Origin: a virus | Direction: 5' to 3' (one strand) | DNA length: 64,000 nt | IMG/VR virus record: IMGVR_UViG_3300042940_003205 | Location: 39,318-103,317 of that record | Part shown: one piece after another, positions 60,599 to 64,000 of the stretch | Layout of the letters: every line of letters starts with the position of its first letter | Numbering within the stretch: the stretch's first letter is position 1 | The notes under the pieces: generated by a model | Told to the model about the DNA's origin: nothing | The model's database searches: none | What the model saw: only the letters and a program-made list of their open reading frames with translations | Translations under genes and position numbers: made by a program

Positions 60599-61519
60599 AT
60601 GTCTAGTTATCCTGAAAGAAAAAAAAGATTTGAAGAGCTTAAACAAGCTTGGTCACTCAATCAATTGGATGATCTTATGCTTCAATTTGATCCACCACAA
60701 GATTTATTATCAGAATTTAAATTTGCCGTTATGCTTTACATTTGTAAAGCATTTGATTTTGAATTCACTTCTGATGAAACTGATTTTATGAAAAGACTTG
60801 ACAGTAAGAGATCTTTCAAGGATAACATTACTCCAAACGGAGCTGTTGTACCAAAAAAAGAGTATCAACTTGAATTCAATATGGTTCTAAGAAGTTGGTC
60901 AAAGTTAGTACAAAATATGATTTCTGGTAATCCAAGTTTACTTAATAAAATAAGAATGACACCTAATGTTAGAATCAAGTTTGGAGTAGAACTTGAAGAA
61001 AATTATGGTAGACCTTTGAACACCAGTATTCCTCATTCAGATGCTTGGATAGATGGACCTTGGGGAATTATTTGTTTTACTCCACTTCTTGGTGACGTAG
61101 AAAACAATAATTTATATCATTACAAGCCAAAGAATGTTGATGAATTTAGTGACGATTGGCTTGCTTTATCTCCAACATTTGGTGATATGCAATGGACTCT
61201 CGAATATTACGAGCAGTCTGATGAAATTACGCCAATTAAGGGCAAAGTTCACTTAGTTGATTATGCCTTGATTCATGGGACACATAGAAACGAAAATTGT
61301 GGAACAAGAATTTCAATTGACACCACAATCTATGTGGGTAATTATGATGTTCACCAAGATAGACAATCTGAATATATTGATGAAATGAAAATTTTTGGAG
61401 AAGACGTTTTCATTACAACCAATAGATCAATTTTTGAAAACCAAGTATTTGACAAAAAAACTTCGTTCTCACATTACACATCGGGCACTTTAAAAATCCA
61501 TAATTGTAATAATGACTAA
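60599..61519 (+). CDS. 2OG-Fe(II) oxygenase-like protein (306 aa)
   Basis: HxD (PHSDAW), distal His (IHGT) and RxS (TRISID). GAGG SD. Confidence 0.7.
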   Translation: MSSYPERKKRFEELKQAWSLNQLDDLMLQFDPPQDLLSEFKFAVMLYICKAFDFEFTSDETDFMKRLDSKRSFKDNITPNGAVVPKKEYQLEFNMVLRSWSKLVQNMISGNPSLLNKIRMTPNVRIKFGVELEENYGRPLNTSIPHSDAWIDGPWGIICFTPLLGDVENNNLYHYKPKNVDEFSDDWLALSPTFGDMQWTLEYYEQSDEITPIKGKVHLVDYALIHGTHRNENCGTRISIDTTIYVGNYDVHQDRQSEYIDEMKIFGEDVFITTNRSIFENQVFDKKTSFSHYTSGTLKIHNCNND

Positions 61520-62342
61520 TTTTTGTTTAGACACCTTTGAAAAAATTTCATATTGTAGACATTTTGAAAATTTTGTATATGAAAAAATTCAAGATAAAAC
61601 AATAAAAATACCAGTTTATTTATCAGCTGGACAAGAAAGCATACCTTGTTCAATAGCTACATATGTAAAAGACAAAATTTCAAATCCCAATATTTTCATA
61701 CAACATAGAGGTCATTCTACGTATCTTGCTTTTGATGCACCTCCTGAAAAATTAGTAGATGAATTATTGGGATTAAAAACAGGTTGTTCTTTTGGCATGG
61801 GTGGCTCTGCATCAATTCAGTCAATTGAAAAAAACATTTATGGTCACGATGGGTTGATGGGGTCACAAGTACCCATAGCTGTTGGGCATTGTTACGAAAC
61901 AAAACACCCTACTATTGTCTTTATGGGAGATGCTTCTGCTGAGGAAGATTACGTTGGTGCAGCTATAGGATGGGCTTCTACCAAAAACTTACCCATACTT
62001 TTTGTGGTAGAAGACAACAATTTATCAATTTTAACAGAAAAAAAAGTAAGAAGAAATTGGCATATGCATGAATTGGCTAGAGGATACAAAGTTGACGCAT
62101 ATGATATAAGTGATGATCCTTTAGAAATTTCTAATCATCTTAAAAATGTTTTCAATGGTCCTTTATTATTAAATATAAGGACTATTCGAAAGTACTGGCA
62201 TGCAGGAGCCGGAATTGATGGTGAGTATTTTGACAGATACGAATGGCTCAAAAAAACCTTACCATCTGAAGTTTTAGAAGTTGATAAATATAATAAAAAC
62301 AAGGTAATCCAATTATGGCAATCACGCTTAGAGAAACTATAA
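61512..62342 (+). CDS. ThDP-dependent E1 alpha-like subunit (276 aa)
   Basis: PVYLSAGQE, HRGHSTY, GMGGS, ThDP motif MGDASAEE...VEDNNL. Confidence 0.85.
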   Translation: MTNFCLDTFEKISYCRHFENFVYEKIQDKTIKIPVYLSAGQESIPCSIATYVKDKISNPNIFIQHRGHSTYLAFDAPPEKLVDELLGLKTGCSFGMGGSASIQSIEKNIYGHDGLMGSQVPIAVGHCYETKHPTIVFMGDASAEEDYVGAAIGWASTKNLPILFVVEDNNLSILTEKKVRRNWHMHELARGYKVDAYDISDDPLEISNHLKNVFNGPLLLNIRTIRKYWHAGAGIDGEYFDRYEWLKKTLPSEVLEVDKYNKNKVIQLWQSRLEKL

Positions 62343-63238
62343 AATCAGTAGTTAAAAACCACCTTGTTAACAAAAAAGGCAAAGCATACGGACAATGCCT
62401 TACTGCAGTTGGTTGGGTAGGTGGAACTCTTCCTGAACTTTATGAAGAAGATGGTATGGTTGAGCTATCAATGGCTGACGTTGCTGGCGGATCAATTGTT
62501 GTTGGAGCAGCACTTTCAGGTACAAAACCATTTTATGTTGTCAGGTATCAAGGATTTCAGTGGTACAACTGTGTTTCTATTGTAAACTACGCTGCAAAAT
62601 CAAAATCATTATGGAATAGACCTTGTCCAATATTTGTGAGATCAATTGCAATGGAAGGAGGAATAGGACCAGTAGCTGGATCATCACACCATTCATTAGT
62701 CTATAGAATGCCTGGAATCAAAGTTGTTAGCCCTATGACTTCAAAAGAATATTTATCAGTTTATGATAAATTTTTAAGTGAAGATGATCCATATTATGTC
62801 TCGGAACATAGAAAAAGCTACGATAATATAGAAGATTTAAACGATATTGTACTTCACGAAAAACCTGATTTTACTTTGTTCCCAATTTCTATCACAAGAT
62901 TTGAAATGGAAAAACTTTTGAAAATTATGGATTCTTATAATGTCAAAATAAATGTTTTCAATATTTTTTGGTTAAAGCCACTTTTCATATCTGATGATGC
63001 AATTCAAAGCTTGTTTAATAGTAAGTATGGAGGACTTGTTCTGGATGATGATTATGTGTTAGGTTGCCAATCAAGTATAGCAAATATATTGTCTGATAAA
63101 AGTAATAAAATTGTAAGATGCTTAGGTATTCAAGATAAAACTGCCGGATTTTATTCTAACGTAGATAATTTGCCACCGTCTGCAGATCAAATAGCAGAAC
63201 ACTTATTACTTGTAAAAAATAAAATATACCCTTCTTGA
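62315..63238 (+). CDS. E1 beta/transketolase-like subunit (307 aa)
   Basis: ELSMADVAGGSIVVGAAL, GSSHHSL, MPGIKVVSP, DPYYVSEHR. Confidence 0.8.
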   Translation: MAITLRETIKSVVKNHLVNKKGKAYGQCLTAVGWVGGTLPELYEEDGMVELSMADVAGGSIVVGAALSGTKPFYVVRYQGFQWYNCVSIVNYAAKSKSLWNRPCPIFVRSIAMEGGIGPVAGSSHHSLVYRMPGIKVVSPMTSKEYLSVYDKFLSEDDPYYVSEHRKSYDNIEDLNDIVLHEKPDFTLFPISITRFEMEKLLKIMDSYNVKINVFNIFWLKPLFISDDAIQSLFNSKYGGLVLDDDYVLGCQSSIANILSDKSNKIVRCLGIQDKTAGFYSNVDNLPPSADQIAEHLLLVKNKIYPS

Positions 63239-63334
63239 TAATTGTTTCTAAAATAAAAAACAGGGTAGTTAGTTGAAATATCTTATTGCAAATAATAGCA
63301 AGTAGATTATCTACATAAAAAGAGGCTTAAGTAA

Positions 63335-63847
63335 ATGGACGTAGTTAATTATATAGAATTATTGAAATCATCTGTATTAGAATGGCATAATAAAAATTTG
63401 AAAATCTTTGAAAATAATGATTTGAATAACTCTGATCTAGCATCAACCTTAGTAAAACTATCATATCACAATTACGTGACTTGGCATATGATTGAAGAAT
63501 ATCAAAATGCTGACAATGACGTTGTTAAATTTGTATACGAAGGTGGATTAACTCACAATAGTGCAAGAAATTTTTGTATGCAAGTTGTAGACGAGCATTA
63601 TGTAAAAATTCAAAATGATGATGCTGAATCACATAGTGAGGGTATGGGAAATATTTTTGACAAGCTTTCTAATGATTATATTAAATATTTGCACTTAGTT
63701 GAAAACAAAGATGAAAGAGCGTCACTATTAGAAAAGCAAGTTTTGTATTTTGAAAACTGCTTAATTAAACTTGATTCAGATTTAAGAAATGGTAAAAAAA
63801 GCATAATTGTTTTTCAAAAATTTAAAGTCAGCGGATATAATGAATAA
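63335..63847 (+). CDS. DUF4254-like protein (170 aa)
   Basis: NYVTWHMIEE...HNSARN...SEGMGNIFDKLS...FQKFK. AGAGG SD. Confidence 0.6.
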   Translation: MDVVNYIELLKSSVLEWHNKNLKIFENNDLNNSDLASTLVKLSYHNYVTWHMIEEYQNADNDVVKFVYEGGLTHNSARNFCMQVVDEHYVKIQNDDAESHSEGMGNIFDKLSNDYIKYLHLVENKDERASLLEKQVLYFENCLIKLDSDLRNGKKSIIVFQKFKVSGYNE

Positions 63848-63905
63848 ACTATTTGCATTAGTAAAAAAGTTTTTTAAAATACCGTAATTTGAGAGTATTG
63901 ATGTA

Positions 63906-64000
63906 ATGAAAGAATATACAGAACAAGAGTTGATTGATTTTGAGACTGAAATTGGTGAGTATTTCAACAATGGCATAATAAAATCACCAGTACATTTATA
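63906..64000 (+). CDS. Second ThDP E1 alpha-like subunit, 5' part only; absent from the ORF track
   Basis: MKEYTEQELIDFETEIGEYFNNGIIKSPVHL parallels FENFVYEKIQDKTIKIPVYL of the first E1 alpha. Confidence 0.7.
   Translation, partial: MKEYTEQELIDFETEIGEYFNNGIIKSPVHL

Noticed and set aside
3683-63976. Short antisense or alternative-frame ORFs in the track (e.g. 3683, 8961, 24669, 31868, 35543, 51979, 63782)
   Set aside because: They overlap longer, motif-bearing genes and have no recognisable features; treated as shadow ORFs.
1-64000. Stop-codon reassignment (code 15 or 4), as in some jumbo phages
   Set aside because: Very long ORFs are intact in code 11, and TAA, TAG and TGA all end genes at sensible, coupled boundaries.
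50236-64000. Ordinary bacterial O-antigen locus, or a eukaryotic giant-virus glycan cluster
   Set aside because: No wzx/wzy/wzm/wzt or other membrane proteins. SD sites, gene coupling and tail genes indicate a prokaryotic virus. A chimeric assembly cannot be excluded without reads.
1-64000. CRISPR array, tRNA/rRNA, integrase/IS, diversity-generating retroelement, intron/intein
   Set aside because: I saw no spaced direct repeats, cloverleafs, recombinase/RT motifs or splice motifs, and intergenic space is minimal.

Overview
AT-rich, densely coded window that reads as part of a very large tailed-phage (jumbo Caudoviricetes-like) genome in standard code 11, with frequent TAATG/ATGA gene coupling. 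Positions 1-33,044 (- strand) encode giant tail, baseplate and fibre-like proteins. These include a 3,468-aa protein with about 14 PKD domains and an RCC1-like C-terminus, a baseplate-hub-like protein, an extremely Asn/Ile/Lys/Gln-rich 1,295-aa protein, and candidate head proteins carrying a recurring [KR]-x-A-[QE] motif. Positions 33,123-50,239 (+ strand) encode zinc-ribbon proteins, neck/adaptor proteins (Mu gp36/DUF1320-like), a PA14-tipped protein, and two tail-tube-like genes each followed by a chaperone-like gene. From 50,236 to the end lies a divergently transcribed nucleotide-sugar cluster. Its left operon has an RmlB-type dehydratase, a YerE-like ThDP enzyme, DmpF/DmpG, an SDR and a glycosyltransferase. 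Its right arm has an SDR, a B12 radical SAM enzyme, PfpI, a cupin, a 2OG-Fe(II) oxygenase, ThDP E1 alpha/beta, a second E1 alpha and two DUF4254-like proteins. The best candidate for a new system is a virus-encoded pathway for C-branched (erwiniose/yersiniose-type) sugars that abuts the virion module. Two classes of promoter motif are also visible. All family calls come from motif recognition by eye, not database searches.
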